Positions 1-13,354 of a stretch of 64,000 nucleotides of DNA are shown in pieces. Source of the DNA: Takakia lepidozioides (lineage: Eukaryota; Plantae; Bryophyta); assembly GCA_030704615.1 (NCBI GenBank), contig CM060733.1, positions 69,688,001-69,752,000 on the forward strand. Reading direction: 5' to 3'. The translations under genes were made by a program, and so were the position numbers. The stretch's first letter is position 1. Each line of letters opens with the position of its first letter. Under the pieces are notes generated by a model. It was not told where the DNA came from, did not search any database, and saw only the letters and a list, made by a program, of their open reading frames with translations.

Positions 1-512
1 CTCATATCTATGTTCATAAGCCCCCTGGCCATAGAGGACCATGGGAGGCGTTGCTAACTAGCTTTATAAGTGGTTAAGCTATTTTGTAGAGAGCTGCCAA
101 AAAAGGCAGAGCCCAGCACTAAAGTGTCGGCGCCTTAGGCGCCTTTGGGCTGGAGGTCAACCAAGAAGGTTGCCTAGAATCGCCATGGAAAGACGCATCT
201 AACACGGGTGGCGCGACCTTCCCCCGTGGGGGGAGTTGACCCCTGGAGCAAAGTACGGGTTGCTGGTATACTGCGTGGCAGCACTAGACGCCATAGGTGG
301 ACCCGTGCAGGTACAACACGAGCGGCAGAGACGACGGAGCCTGCTATTACCCACTGGACCCGCACAGGCGGCGGACCAGTCGCGCCGCGCTACGTAGCGC
401 TGGCCACGGGGTATCGGTTTTAACCGCTGGATATTACGACGGACCCCGCCAGGGACTGTTGGTCCCTGGAACGGGTATTTTAAGGGGGGTTTTCTCCCTA
501 TGCCTTTGATTT

Positions 513-3341
513 CTATTGCCGATACTTCTTTACAGCAAAAATCATTCCCAGATCCTCTCGCTCCGTGGTGTTGTACCTAGTCTTAGCGAATGTCAGCTGT
601 CGACTGACGAAAGATATCGGATGATCATGGCCCTCAGTGTCTGGTTGGCAAAGGGCACATCCTACTGCCACCACTGAAGCATCAACATAAACATGAAAAG
701 ACGTGTTCCAATCCGGAGCTGCCAAGACTGGTGCAGACACCAACCGTTCCTTGAGCATTTCAAAAGACTCCTGACACCCTACATCCCAGGAGAATACCTA
801 GTTCTTTTTCAATAGTCGAGTTAGAGGTAATGCCTCTGCTGCATACTTGTCCATAAATTTCTTATACCACCCTGTGTGGCCAAGGAATCCCTTCACTTTG
901 GACGACGTCTCTGGTGCGGGAAGTTCGACGATGGCGCTTACTTTTGCTGGGTCTGTCGTCACACCGTCTCTCGACACTATGTGTCCCAGTAGCAGTCCAT
1001 GTGTAACTGCAAATACGCACTTCATTGGATTGAGAGATATCCCATTTTCTCTGCACCGGGTGAAGCATTCTTGTAGTGCCACAACGTGATCCTTCGCATC
1101 CCCGTTGCAACAAAAGTCATCTAAGAAAATGACTAAATTCTTTCTCACAATGTCCGAGAAAGCATACGTCATGACCCTCTGAAATGTCAGGGGTGCGTTG
1201 CACAAGCCAAAGGGCATCCTTGTGTAGGCAAATGTTCCCCAGGGTGAGGTGAATATGGTCTTCAACACATCTTTTGGGTCGATCAACAGTTGATTGTAGC
1301 CCGAGAATCCATCCATGAAAGAGTAGAGTTCCTTCCCTACTACTTCTTCCACTAATGTGTCTATAAACGGCAAGGGAAAATGATCCTTGTGCGTTACCTT
1401 GTTAAGGGGGCGGAAGTCCACGCATACCTTTAATCCTCCGTTCTTTTTCCGAACGATCACCATGGGGGACACCCAGGCTGATCTCTCCACTGGAAAGATA
1501 AACTCAGCGGCTAGTAGGTTTTTGATTTCTGCTTTGATGAGAAGGGCCAGATTGGGATTCACCCTCATTTCTCGCTGCCGTCGTGGTGTAGCTCCCGGAA
1601 TCAGGGGAATAGAGTGCATGGCCATAGAGGGCACCCCCTTCAACTCAGTGTAGGACCACACGAAGATGTCTCTAAATTCTTTGAACAAGGCCTGATATTC
1701 TGCCGCCTGTTCTACTGTCAAATGGGATCCAACCTTCACCATCTTGGGTGATTCTCCTCCCACCGCCATATCGACTAATTGCGTTGTTGGCTCGGCTGTG
1801 AAGGTTGATCCTGGTTCAAACCTTGATCCGTTTGACCCTTGTTGTAAATATGGAATGTAGGGGGCACTATGTTTCATCACATCCCTAATTTCTAGGTCGG
1901 CCTCCTCTACAATTTGCATGTCAATGATCTCGCCGTTCTCCTCCTGAGGAATCTCCAGTTCCTGCAGACCAACCTGTCCGGCGGATATCGAGAAGAGCTC
2001 GATTAGTGATTCGAACTCTGGAAGTGCCTCAGTTGATACCGAGTGTACCATCACCTCCTTGCCTTGGTTTTCTCCGAACAACCAAGCGATGCAGCCTGCA
2101 TTAGACTCACATTCATATAAACCCGGACCTAGGGACTTGACGACGTCCTCTAGTCCTACCTTCATTCGCTTAACCTCCCTGCGAGGCACGGTGCTAGTTG
2201 CTAATACTCGGTGGGCATGTGACGTTGGATGGATCTCTCTATCTGTCCACTAGTCCTCCTCACTCAAGTCCGCAGATTCCTTTTCAGAACCAATCATGCT
2301 GAGCTCATCCTCATCTGTTTCGTGGTGAGGTGCTCCCGAAAGAAAAGCGACTGTAGTCGTGTAATGTTTTATCCCATAAGTGATGGTACCTGCCCCCCAG
2401 TCCGTTCGAGCTCGGGACTGGACCAACCATGGTCTCTCTAGTAGGAGTGCGTAGGAATATTCATCAATGGGGAAATCTATGATTTGGAAATCTACCGCGT
2501 ATGTGTAGCCTCCAGTCTTTAGCCGAACATTCGCTAAGTGACCCACTGGTCTGATCTTCCGTTGGTCAGCCAGTCTGATAGTTAATGGAGACTCCCTTAT
2601 CATGTTCAATCCTAACTTTGACAAGGTGGAGAGTGGCATGATGTTGACTGAGCTCCTATCATCCACTAAACAACGTCGTATCAGACGGTCTACAATCTCC
2701 ACTTCTATTTCTACTAGGCGTGGATCGACATGGGTGTTAATGTGGTGGGTCTAAGCAAAAGTACCTACTCGCTTCCTCACCAAGGATGCCTTGAGAGCAT
2801 GTTGAACTGTTGGTGCTAGTGCTATGAGTTGGGCAAATGTAATGTTTGCCTGAATGTGGCGCAAGTCTTCCATTAGATTATACGGCTATAACTCATCGGT
2901 GAAGCGCATAGTGGAGTGTGTTCTCCTTTTGGGAAGCTTCGCTGGTGCTACTGGTCGATTGGCCGGACTCTTTGTTTTGGATGTCAAAGATGGCCGGGAA
3001 ATGGTTGGCCGGACTGCTGGAGATTCGGTCTCTACAAATGCTACCTCCTTCTCCTTGGGATGGGTATCCTCTTCCTCCCTGAGTACAGTTTCCGCCACCT
3101 TCCATGTGTCTGACTTCATGACTTTAAAATTCAGATCTTCCTGTTCTAATGCCGATGTGGCTAACTCCGACGCCACATACCCAGGGCCTTTCCCTAGCAT
3201 ATCTCGTTGTTGTCGGGTCATTACTGCAGAGCTACCTTCCTCTGGGCTAGCCTGCGTAGGTTGAGTGGCGCCGAGCTCACTTGAAATCCAATTGACTTGG
3301 TGTTGCATCTCCTGTTGACGGGACGACTGACCGGGATGCAT
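513..3341 (-). mobile_element. Degenerate Ty3/gypsy element 1 (gag C-terminus, protease, RT, truncated RNase H)
   Basis: ORF 2250-2702 is protease-like (CLVDDRSSVNIMP ... YALLLERPWL). ORF 798-2189 is RT (VCVDFRPLN, FMDGFSGYNQ, MPFGLCNAP, FLDDF). ORF 513-758 is RNase H (YVDASVVAVG, TTEREDLGMIFAVKKYR) and ends abruptly. The gag is interrupted at 3342 by the LTR of element 2. Confidence 0.92.
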
Positions 3342-4943
3342 TGTAAGTAAAAAGAGGGGACCTACCCAGACATCAACTTGATCAACCGTTAGTACTCTGT
3401 CTATCCTAGGCTGTAGCGGAAGAGAAAACCAAGAATAGACAGTAAAATTTGTGCATGAAACTTATTGTATTCTAGTGTTGATTTGGCCTAAGCACAGTAG
3501 GAAATATCATCCCTTTGGAGTTCATATGTCGTCTCGTTTCCTGCACTTCAATATCCTGGCATTCCATTTGCTAAAGAACGTTCAATGAGTGCCACTTAGT
3601 TAGTCTTGACCTGAAGAGATCAGTTATCATCTACTGATGCTTGGGTCAGGACTAATGCATTTCTTAATACATGACAGGCAAGGGAGTTATCTCTGGAAAG
3701 CTTCAGCTCTACTAATTTTATGAGGTATGTGAACTATTTGCAATTTTACTTGCTTCATGGATCATACTTCTCTCCACTAGGCATTGCTATTGCATATAAT
3801 TTTCTGATCTTAATATCAGTAAGGAGTTAGTCCATTAATCAGGGACCAAATCAGATTACTCTATGTCATATTTCTTGCCTCTACTCTATGCCTCTATAGT
3901 AAATCAGTTAATATAATACTAGTCTAGCTAATTGTTAAATCCATTTATCTATGCTGAAAACATCTTGAATATAATCTGATGATGTTATTATTCTAAGTAC
4001 AAACAGCCCTCATCATTGGTGCTAGTGAAGAAATAGATCCTAGTAATTCTATGAGATCAGTCTAGTACATAGTGAAAGAAATAAATAACAAAGCTTAGTC
4101 TAAATTCCCCATTCTCCCGTGATCATGAGACTCCAAGGCATAGATCAAAATCAGCACTGTATATTCAGCCAAACAGGCCTGATACACCAGCCTACTCACT
4201 GGTTATGAAAGCAACAAGGCACACTACATGCTTACACCTTCCTCCCTTCTCAATCCACTCCAAGTACCATATGTAAACTGGTGCTATCTTCTTCCTAGAG
4301 CTCTCATTTATACGTGCTCACTCTCCTTCTTCACCACACAACCCCACTGACTGCCCACATGGGCTCATAATATACTACAAACAAAGAATTTAAATCAGAT
4401 TTCTTCATCGTGGAATGTCACGACAAGGCCGGGTATTATCCCCCTTTGCCTTATCCCCACCTAAACATAAAATTGCGGCTACATTAATTTCATCCTCATC
4501 TCCTCGATCTTAGTTTGATCTCAGACCATCCCTTTGCCCATACGGTGCGCCGATCATAACTTAATTCGCCATTTTTAGGATTCAAATAGTCAACCTGCCA
4601 ATTAAATTCCTTTGTCAAATTTTCATCCATGATTTCACTTTTCATCCCCTACTTCCATCCGTTGACAAACAGATGAATGTATTTCAAGATTTTGTTTTCA
4701 TCCTCTTCTCCATCCGTTGTACGAATTTCCCTTGTTTCCTTTTTTTGTTCTCCATTTTCATCCATCACTGATAATTTGAATGAAAAACACTGATCATCCT
4801 GCATCCATCCCTTTACCCTAAATTCTCGCTGCATCATCTTTATACTTAGCCAATTTCGCTTTCCAGGTCCCGCTCCATGCCATCGTTCACTGCTTGTTGC
4901 TTTGCCCCCGCCATTGTTTTCTATTACTTGCTTTCGCCCTACA
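3342..4943 (-). repeat. 3' LTR of Ty3/gypsy element 2
   Basis: On the minus strand it starts TGTAGGGCGAAAG (4943) about 50 nt after the integrase stop and ends TTTTTACTTACA (3342). It has a TATAAA box. Its U5 end (TTTTCTCTTCCGCT...CCCCT...TTTTTACTTACA) resembles the LTR end at 47590-47676. Confidence 0.75.
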
Positions 4944-4994
4944 GCTGTAAGTACTCCCAAATTTGATTGGCAGGTCCCCGGCCAAACGCGTCAG

Positions 4995-6300
4995 CTACTT
5001 GACATGAATTGATTTGAGGTCTCGTGATCTGTTCCAACTTTTTCCTGCTCCATCCACCAGCTTGCAGATTCGCTCTCCTTCTCCCATCGCTTCATCGTGA
5101 TGCTTGTCGACATAGCCCACAAAAGTGTAAGGGCCTTCCCATGAGGATTCCAGGTTTCGCTTCTTACCAGGTTTGATCATCATCACAAGTGTCCCCTCAG
5201 CCAGCTCAGGTAACGACTTCCCTCTTGATTTACGTTGAGCATAAGCCTTCCTTTGTGCCCTTTGTGCAACTTGTACGTTGGCTCTCAGTTTTGCCTCTAG
5301 CTCGCGGATGATTCGCACCTTCTCTGCGATCATGTTCTGCATAGCTCCAATGTCATCACTTAGTTCAACTAGCTCAGTAATGCCAGGTAATTCATTGTCT
5401 ATTCCCAATCGCATTTCCCTGCCAGTAAGTACTTTGAAAGGTGACAAGTTCGTGGAGGCTTGAATCCCTATTCTGTATCCGAATGCTGCCTTGTATATGT
5501 CCCTGTCCCATTCTTTGTTTCCTTCCTTTCCCATGGTGACCATGCATTCTTTCATTGATCGTATTGACCGCTCCACCATCCCGTTGCACTGGGGCCAATA
5601 AGGTGCGGAATGCTCATGTTTAATCCCAAAGCGTTGACAGACCAGAGCAAAATCCTTCGTCCATTCTGCTCCATGATCTGTAAGTACAGTGTTTGGCACT
5701 CCATAGCGGTACTTCCTCCTCCAAGAACCTTGCGGTGAGCAATGAAGTGTGTTTGTTGACAGGGCAAACTTCTACCCACTTAGAGAAGTGGTCCACAGCG
5801 ATTAGGGCGTATTTATTTCCAGTTGTGGACAGAGGTAATGGACCGGCAGTATCCAAAGCTATTCTGTAGAAGATGTCTCTTACAGGAATACTTCTCATCT
5901 GCTTCGCTCCAGATCGCAGAGGTGTAGTTGACTTGGCCAACTGACACTTGAGGCATGATTTCAATACCTTTACTGTCGTTTTGGTTCTGTTGTGCCAAAA
6001 GTTACGCTTGCAGACCTCATGATGGATTCCGCGAACTCCAAAATGTCCCATTTCTTCATGAATTTGTTGGACTATGGCTTCTCTCTGCTTCTTCTCTGGT
6101 ACCAACTCACCTTGAAACACAAGTCTCCCTTCCATCAGTTTGTATGATTTGGCCCTCTTCCTCACTCTTTTTGCTTCTTTGGAATCCAAATATTCATTTA
6201 CTTCACCAAATGTAAGCATGTGCATGACCTGTATGTCATCCAGAATATCAGAAATTGTCTCCTCCTCTTGTTCTTCATCACTGAGGCTGTTCCAGCCCTC
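4995..6300 (-). pseudogene. DDE integrase of element 2 (frameshift near 5710)
   Basis: The HHCC finger and D,D35E motifs are split between ORFs 5620-6783 and 4995-5699. A WEGPY motif lies at the C-terminus. Confidence 0.92.
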
Positions 6301-9300
6301 TTCCTCCTTCTGTTCACCTTCAGCTGCCATTAACAACTCCAGCTGCATGTGTTTTGTGATCATCCCCTTCTTTCTGCTGATTTGAATCGCCAGAGGCTCA
6401 TTACGCAACTGTTCATGCTTTTCTTCATTGCTGGTCCCTTCATGACTCAAGGCATTTGTAGTTTCTTCATCATAGGAGGCGGGTGACAGGTTTATGTTTG
6501 CTGATGGTGTTTCCTTTGAGTTCAGTTCATTTGACTCAGTTTCAGAGGTGTCATCGACTTCTGCTTCCTTCCCTTCCTGGGTTCCAGCCCCTTGGCTCCT
6601 GGTAAAGACCATGTTTATGGTTGGAATGAAGTCAAGTGAGCTCCCAGCTGCTGGTATGCTTCTCTTTCTTCCACATGCTGGTTGTCTCCTGCAAAATATG
6701 CACAATTTATTGGTGACAGTATCAGCAGGTGCCTTCTTTCTTGGTGGTGGATGTCGGTCCTCACTACCGACCTGGTTCTTCATTTCTTCTTATCCTGGCT
6801 ATCTCCCTCTCATCAGGCCAGTCCCTCTGACCGTCTCCATCCTCTCCTTCCATGGTGACAACCCACTTGAACCCCTTTGGTGTGTTTTGATCTCCGTATG
6901 CAGGTCTCCATTTAGTAATTTGATGTTCTGCCGAAGACTCCCAAATCTGGTTGTCTTGTTCACTTTTTGCTTCTTCATTTGCACCATTGTGGGACACTGG
7001 TTCAGGATCTGTTCCCTCTTCTTTGTGATGTGATATTTGACAGGAAAACTGAACTTCCATTGCCATTGCTTCGTCCTTTAGTGGCTGGTCCCTTTTTGAC
7101 CCAAATTCTACCTTTGTTTGGTGATGCATTGCCTTTGTGCACAGGTCATATTTTTCAGAATTGCTCCTCATCTGTCCGCCAGTCGAAGATAAGGTTTCTA
7201 CCGCCCTTTTTCCTTCAGTTTGTTCCTCTTTGAATACATCAGTAGGTCTCCCTTTGTCGCGACTTTGCTGTTCAGTCTTCAACGCCCAAATTTTGTCTCT
7301 TTGCTCCTTTCTTGCTTCCCCATCTGGCTGACTTGGTTCTTTGTTTTCCCATCTGTCTCTCGTCTGATATCCTTTGTTGGCGTGCAGGTTAATGATGCCT
7401 ATGATGCTCCGTATCAGTTCCAAAAAGAATAAGGACTCCCTTCTGACCTGTCCTCATTTTTCATCAGTCGGCTTCCGTTGACGTTGACCTTCCTTTAAAT
7501 ACAAAACAGGGCTGGCCTGCTGTTCAATCTCCACTCCTCTAAAGTTGACCAGATTTGCTCCAGCTGAGTATTCACTCATCATGCCATTCCATCTTCTCCC
7601 TGTTTGCCCTTCCTCTTGATCATGCTTTGCCTCGCATGCTCCCTTGCACCTGCCGCTGCTCGCTTCACATCTGATTGCCACTTTCTGAAGATATGGTTTG
7701 TTTTGGAATGTGTGAACTTTCTTCGCCTTCACTTCATCAACTTTCTTTTCCTCATTCAGCCTTGTTGCCTTTGCTTGCAGGTCATGATTTTCAGTATTGC
7801 TCCAGATCTGTCCGCCAGTCAAAGATAAGCCCCCTTCTTCCCTTCTTTCTTCAGCTTGTGCCTTTTCTAATCCATCAGTAGGTCTCCCTTTGTCAAGACT
7901 TTGTTGGTTGGGTCTCAACACCCAAATTTTGTCCTCCAGTTCTCCTTGTTACAGGTGTTCAGCTGACCTGCTGTCACCACTTCTGGTCCAATTGTTCTCC
8001 TTCCAGATATCCAAGCAAAAACATAGTCAAGTTCTCCCCATTGATGACCTTGCAAAAACTGACCGTGACATCCATGTTGCTCCATCCTCGCCAGATTTTT
8101 TACTGCTTTGCTGAAGTGTTTCCTGAAGATGAGTGCCCTTGCCTGTTAGCTTCTCATCCTTCCTTGTTTTCCCTTGCTGAAGCTTCCTCCCTTTTTGGTG
8201 AGAGTAGTCATTGTTTTTTATGGTCTCATCTTGTGGTTTTGTAGTTTCTCACAGGCTGAACTTTCAAGGCTTACCCCAGCATGGTGACCAGCTAGCTCTC
8301 TTTTTCTCTCGGGCTGCAGGCATGTCACTGGGTTTGCATGATCTCTCACACTTTTGTTGTCCAATCAGATGATTCTCTTTTTCCCTTTTTTCATAGTGAT
8401 CTGGTGTCCTTTTACTACAGATCAAACTCTCAAGGTCTTTCTCTCCATGATCATCTCTCAGCTGTCTTTTCTCTTGTTCTATGAGTAGCTGATTTGACCT
8501 GCCCTTTTCTTCACATTTTTGCTGTTCAAAAACATTCACTTTGAATTGCTCCCTTCCTCTCATCTCAAGTTGACATGCTGGTTTTTCCTCACAGATTGAA
8601 CTCTCAAAACAGCTCCTTTGGTGAAATCTCTGCTCACTAATGCCTTCTTCCTCAGGGAATCCATGTGACATTTCACTCATTCTATTTTTCTTTCCCTGTG
8701 GCAGATTCAGACTGCACTGGATTTTCTCTAATGCTGGCTTCCAGTTTGCTGGTGTCACACCTTTCTCAGTAAAATTCTCCCTTTGTTTTGATGCCTGTGC
8801 AGGCCTGTTCTCCATGGTTGCCAACTGCTGGTGATGCTTCCCATCCTCTTGTTGTGAGTCATTGCCTCAACTTTCTCTCAACATCGTCTGTCTTTTTGCT
8901 TGCTCCCCTTTTCCCTCACTGTTATCAGTTGACTCTGCCTCACAGGTGTGTTTCCATGGAAAGTCTTCAGACGAAAGCCCATAACCCCTCTGTCTCTCAG
9001 GTAATTCTGACCTTTCTTCCCACACGCTGTCAGTATTGGCAGTGAGGTAGTTAACTCCTGGTAGCAATTCAAACCTAACTTGTTTTACTTTCTTTTTGCT
9101 TTCCTTTTGCTGATCAGCACCCTCGCTGTTGGACTGACTACAGCTTTCTTCACTCGCAGTTTGCTGCTGTTCAGGAGCTGCTTGGTGACTCACCACAGTA
9201 AAGATAAATCCATCAGTCAAGTCTGTCCCTCTGACTTTTCCTGCTTCCTTCCATTTGAGAGGTTGTAGGTCAGTTTTTACCACAAAAGGCATATTATGTA

Positions 9301-12300
9301 AGTAGTCTTTGAACTGCCAAATGGCCCAGGCCAACAAGTAGTAGTGAATTTCATCTATTTCATGAGTCTTCACTTCTTTCAACCTTCGCTGTCTCACTCC
9401 TAACATTGTGCTGTCAGTCTGATGTAGGTCTATCAAGATGGCATGTGCAACATCTTCCTCAAGAGACAACTGCAATAAAAGCTGAGTGGCACTCTCTTCC
9501 TTTCCTTGCCTTGTGATTTCTGTGCTCAGTATCTCAGGGTCTCTTCTGTCTGGTTCAGTCTCTACTGGAAACCTACTTAAAGCATCAACATTCCCATGCT
9601 TCATCCCTGGTCTGTGTTGTATCTTGAAATCAAAATCCTGTAGCATCATGATCCACCTACCTCTTCTTCCATAGGCGTCGCTAACTGTAGCCAGCCATTC
9701 CAATGGCTTATGATCCGTTCGAACAACAAATGATGTGCCATAAAGATATTGGCGAAAGTGTAGGATTCCCCAAATGAGAGCGTAACATTCTCCCTCCATA
9801 GGGTGATAGTTCCTCTGTGCTTCGGACAATGCCTTACTAGCATAAGCAATTACGTGTTCTCTTCGTCCTTCTTTTTGTGATAAAACAGCACCTACCCCTT
9901 TCTTTGACCAATCAACATCAAGAATGAAAGGTTTAAGGAAATCAGGTCGTACCAGGATAGGAGCCTCGATCAGCTCGAACGCATTTTGAGCTTGGTGAGT
10001 CCACACAAACGTTTGCTCCTTCTTCATGAGGTCAAAAAGTGGGCTTGCAGCTTGGGCTTACTCCTTCATGTAGCACCTGTAGTAGTAAGTGACCCCCAGG
10101 TAGCTTTTTACAGCGGTTACATTCCTTGGTATGGGAAACTTCTGTATTGCAATCACATTCCTTGGATCTGGTTTGATCCCTTCCTTGGTAACCACGTGAC
10201 CTAGGAATACAAGTTCCTGGTTTCCAAATTCGCACTTGTCTGGATTTAACTTGAGATTGTACTCCTGCATCTTCTTCAAAACACCCATGACATGTTTCAA
10301 ATGACTGTCCCACTTTGGACTAGGAATGTTGATGTCATCAACAAAATCTTTCACATGGTCCTTAATCTCCTGAGCCAATATCTTGTTCATAGTTCTCTGG
10401 AAGGTAGCAGTTGTGTTTTTCAGACCGAATGGCATGACTGTCCATTCAAAAAGGCCTCTCCGTGTAATGACTGCAGTCGTCTTGATATCCTCTTCACGCA
10501 TTTTGATTTGCCAAAAACCACTTTGAAGATCCAAAGCTGAGAACCACTAGGATTTCCCCAACTGTCATAGTACATCTTGAATGATGGGCATAGGGTAGGA
10601 GTCCCTTCTTGTTTGCTGATTGAGGGGTCTAAAATCCCCACAAAAGCGTTTGCTGCCGTCTTTCTTTGGTGGTGAAGTTACTGGACATGAGTATTCCGAA
10701 GAGCTTTCTCGCATCTTTCCTTGCTGAATCAGCACCTCAATTTGTCGTTGTACTTCATCCCCTTCCCATTCACACAATCGCTTAGGCTGACTCCTGCAGG
10801 GTGGAAATCCTTGGGTGTCTATAGCATGTCAGCTGCTGTACAAAAACCCAGATCTGCTTTGTTCAAGGCGAAAGCCATTTGATTTGCTTCGATTATCTCC
10901 AAAAGCTGTTGACGTTGTTCTCTCGTGAGCCCAGGGTTGATCTGTAAACGCCTTTTCATCTGTTCCCAACGTTCTTCCTGCGCTGTCTTTATTGGTTCAG
11001 ATGCAGACTCCTCCTTAATTCCTTGCTGTGCCATGAAGACCCTTTGTGTTTCAACCTCTTATTGTTGGACTGTCTTCTCCCAATCCATAAAATCATCATC
11101 CTCATCTGGTTCATCCATTGGCTCACTCTCATATGCTTGAGAGCATGCATCCCTAACCAGAATTTGTGCAAAGAATATGTCTCCTTCTCTATGAGTGCCA
11201 TGGATCCATCATCAGCCAGCTCTTCCTCTCCAGAGTTCAGCTTGTCAATAAATTCCTCAATGTTGGACAGCCCCATGTGACTTTCCTGATGTTCTTGATC
11301 AGCTTCTTCCTCTGAATTTTCTTCAGAATCCTCCTCTTCTGATGAACTGCCCCATTCCTCATTCTGTGGTGTGACTGTTGTCATAGCATCCATGTCTACT
11401 GTTTCCTGGACATTCACTGAATTGACCTGTGTTTTTCCTTGATCTTCTTCAGATTCAACAATCAGATGCTCACAGAACTCGACTTGGTTGATGGTGTGCA
11501 GTGGAAAGAATTCCACATCCCCCCTGGGCCCATACCTTACTCTTAGAGTTTCAGTCTCAGTATCGATGGCAGCTCCAAATTTCTTTAGGAAAACCCAATA
11601 GCATGTTATAAGTATCTGTATTGACAACCATGAAGGATACTCTGTTTGTCAACTTACCCACTGTAACGCTTATGTCATCGAGTCTTCCCATTGCAGTCTC
11701 CACTACTCCTGATGCTACTCTATAAGACATTTCTTTATCAGCCACTACTGATTTCATCAGACCGAGATCCCTCACTGTAGTTGCTGCTATGACTGAGATC
11801 ATAGCTCCGGTGTCAACCTGCCCCATGATCTGAAAATCACCGATTGTGACCAATGCATGTAATGCACGAACTCTGCCATTGTAGGCATATGCTATGTTTG
11901 GGGCTTTCAAAATGTCCTGCGCTGTCTGTGCTGTCCGAGTTCCTCCTGTGGAAGAGTCACTGGACATTGACCTTTCCACCACTTTAACTAGACCTTTGAG
12001 TTTCTCAAATTCTCCAGGCACTTGCAAAATCAAATCCATGGGTGACATTGAATTCCTACCTTTGCAAAAATGATTAAGGATCTTGGATCTGCCTCCTCCT
12101 GTTTCTGGCCACTTTGGTGTGTTCACTCGAGGTTGCAAGATACTTTTTGGTGTTACATTTGGTCCATCAGATGCCTCTCCTGAAATTGACCGCTCCATCC
12201 CTGGTGCACTCATTGGTGTTGGTATTGGCACCCTATTTCTTGGCATCCTTACTTCATTAATCTCATGATGATCAAATATCTCATTGAGTCCTGCCAAGAC

Positions 12301-13354
12301 AGCTTCTTCGTCACTGTACATCATTTGGAGTAGATTCGTGGTAGGTTGTCCTCCCTTTCCTGGTTCCTGCTTTGCCCGACATTCATATTCAAAGTGCCCC
12401 AATGTCTTACAGTTCGAACATCTTACCCCACATACTTCTGTCCTATGACCCATTCTGTGGCATTTTCCACATGTAATAGGTGTTCTATTTGTTGGACAAA
12501 AGTTTGAAGTGTGTCCTTCCTGATGACATGTGTTGCAGACTCTTTGCCCATGTGGCGAGGTTCTGCTTCCTGAACTCTCAGGGATTCCAGCTCCTTTCTC
12601 GAAATATTTCTTCAAAGTGACATTTAGTGCATCTAGTCGTCTGTCCATCGGTGTTTCTCCCAACGTGTGATCTTCATAAGAGTCATCTTCATGTAATGGC
12701 TCCAAAGGTGTCTCACCTATGCCCCCAATCCTCGTTCCACTTGTAGTGCCGTTTCCACAGCATCATCTATGTTAACAAATCTTGTCCCCAGCATTAAGCG
12801 CATGATTTATGGGCGTAGCCCATTGAGAAATCTTCTCCTTTTCTCCAGATCTGTTATCTGACCCTTTGTGAATAACTTTGACAGCCGATCATAGTAGGTC
12901 TGTACGCGCTGCCTGCTTTCTTGCTTTATGGAGTCAAGCTTCATCTTGAGCTCCGTGGGATCCACCTGTCCATATTTCTCCAATACCAACTCTCGAAATT
13001 CTCCCCAGTTAGTAGGCTTGGGATTTTGGAGTTTGTAACACTCATCTGCCCTTCCCTGCAAATTAAGCCTAGCTACTTTGAATAGCTTGTCCTCTGTTAG
13101 ATCTCTCACATCTCCTACTAGTTGCAACTTTTCTAACCAGTCAGCAACATCTTTTACCTCTTTACCATAAAAGGGTGCATCTATTCCTGATGGGCTCGTC
13201 ATTTCCAACCTATGAACATTACGTGCTTTGGAAACTATATTTCTTGGAAGAAATATCATATATTTGTACATAGCAAGTCTCAATGGAAGCACAATGATCC
13301 AGTCATAACTTTGGAAATTAAACAACCTTGTACAATTTCTTACACATAAAAAAT

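Larger units (their letters stand above)
3342..13203 (-). mobile_element. Ty3/gypsy element 2 (gag-CCHC-PR-RT-RH-long spacer-INT-3'LTR), frameshifted; 5' LTR not found
   Basis: gag starts MTSPSGIDAPF (13203). Three CCHC knuckles and protease QVDTGAMISV lie in 11557-12705. RT motifs FCGDFRPLN, DLQSGFWQI and FVDDI lie in 10058-10800. RNase H (LDVDWSK, ECYALIW, RTDHKPL) is in 8867-10027. Integrase (HEEMGH..CLKC, ALDTAGP, AVDHFSKW, LTDHGAEW, NGMVER) is in 4995-6300. Confidence 0.93.

Noticed and set aside
1-512. GC-rich, possibly LTR-like segment truncating element 1
   Set aside because: It shows only faint similarity to about 16100-16200 and is cut by the window edge, so it cannot be classified.
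3363-4435. Apparent non-canonical TA...TA LTR (TACCCAG...CCGGGTA) after a purine run
   Set aside because: Homology with the LTR ending at 47676 extends past 3363 to TTTTTACTTACA, which gives a canonical CA end. The purine run is more likely internal to the LTR.
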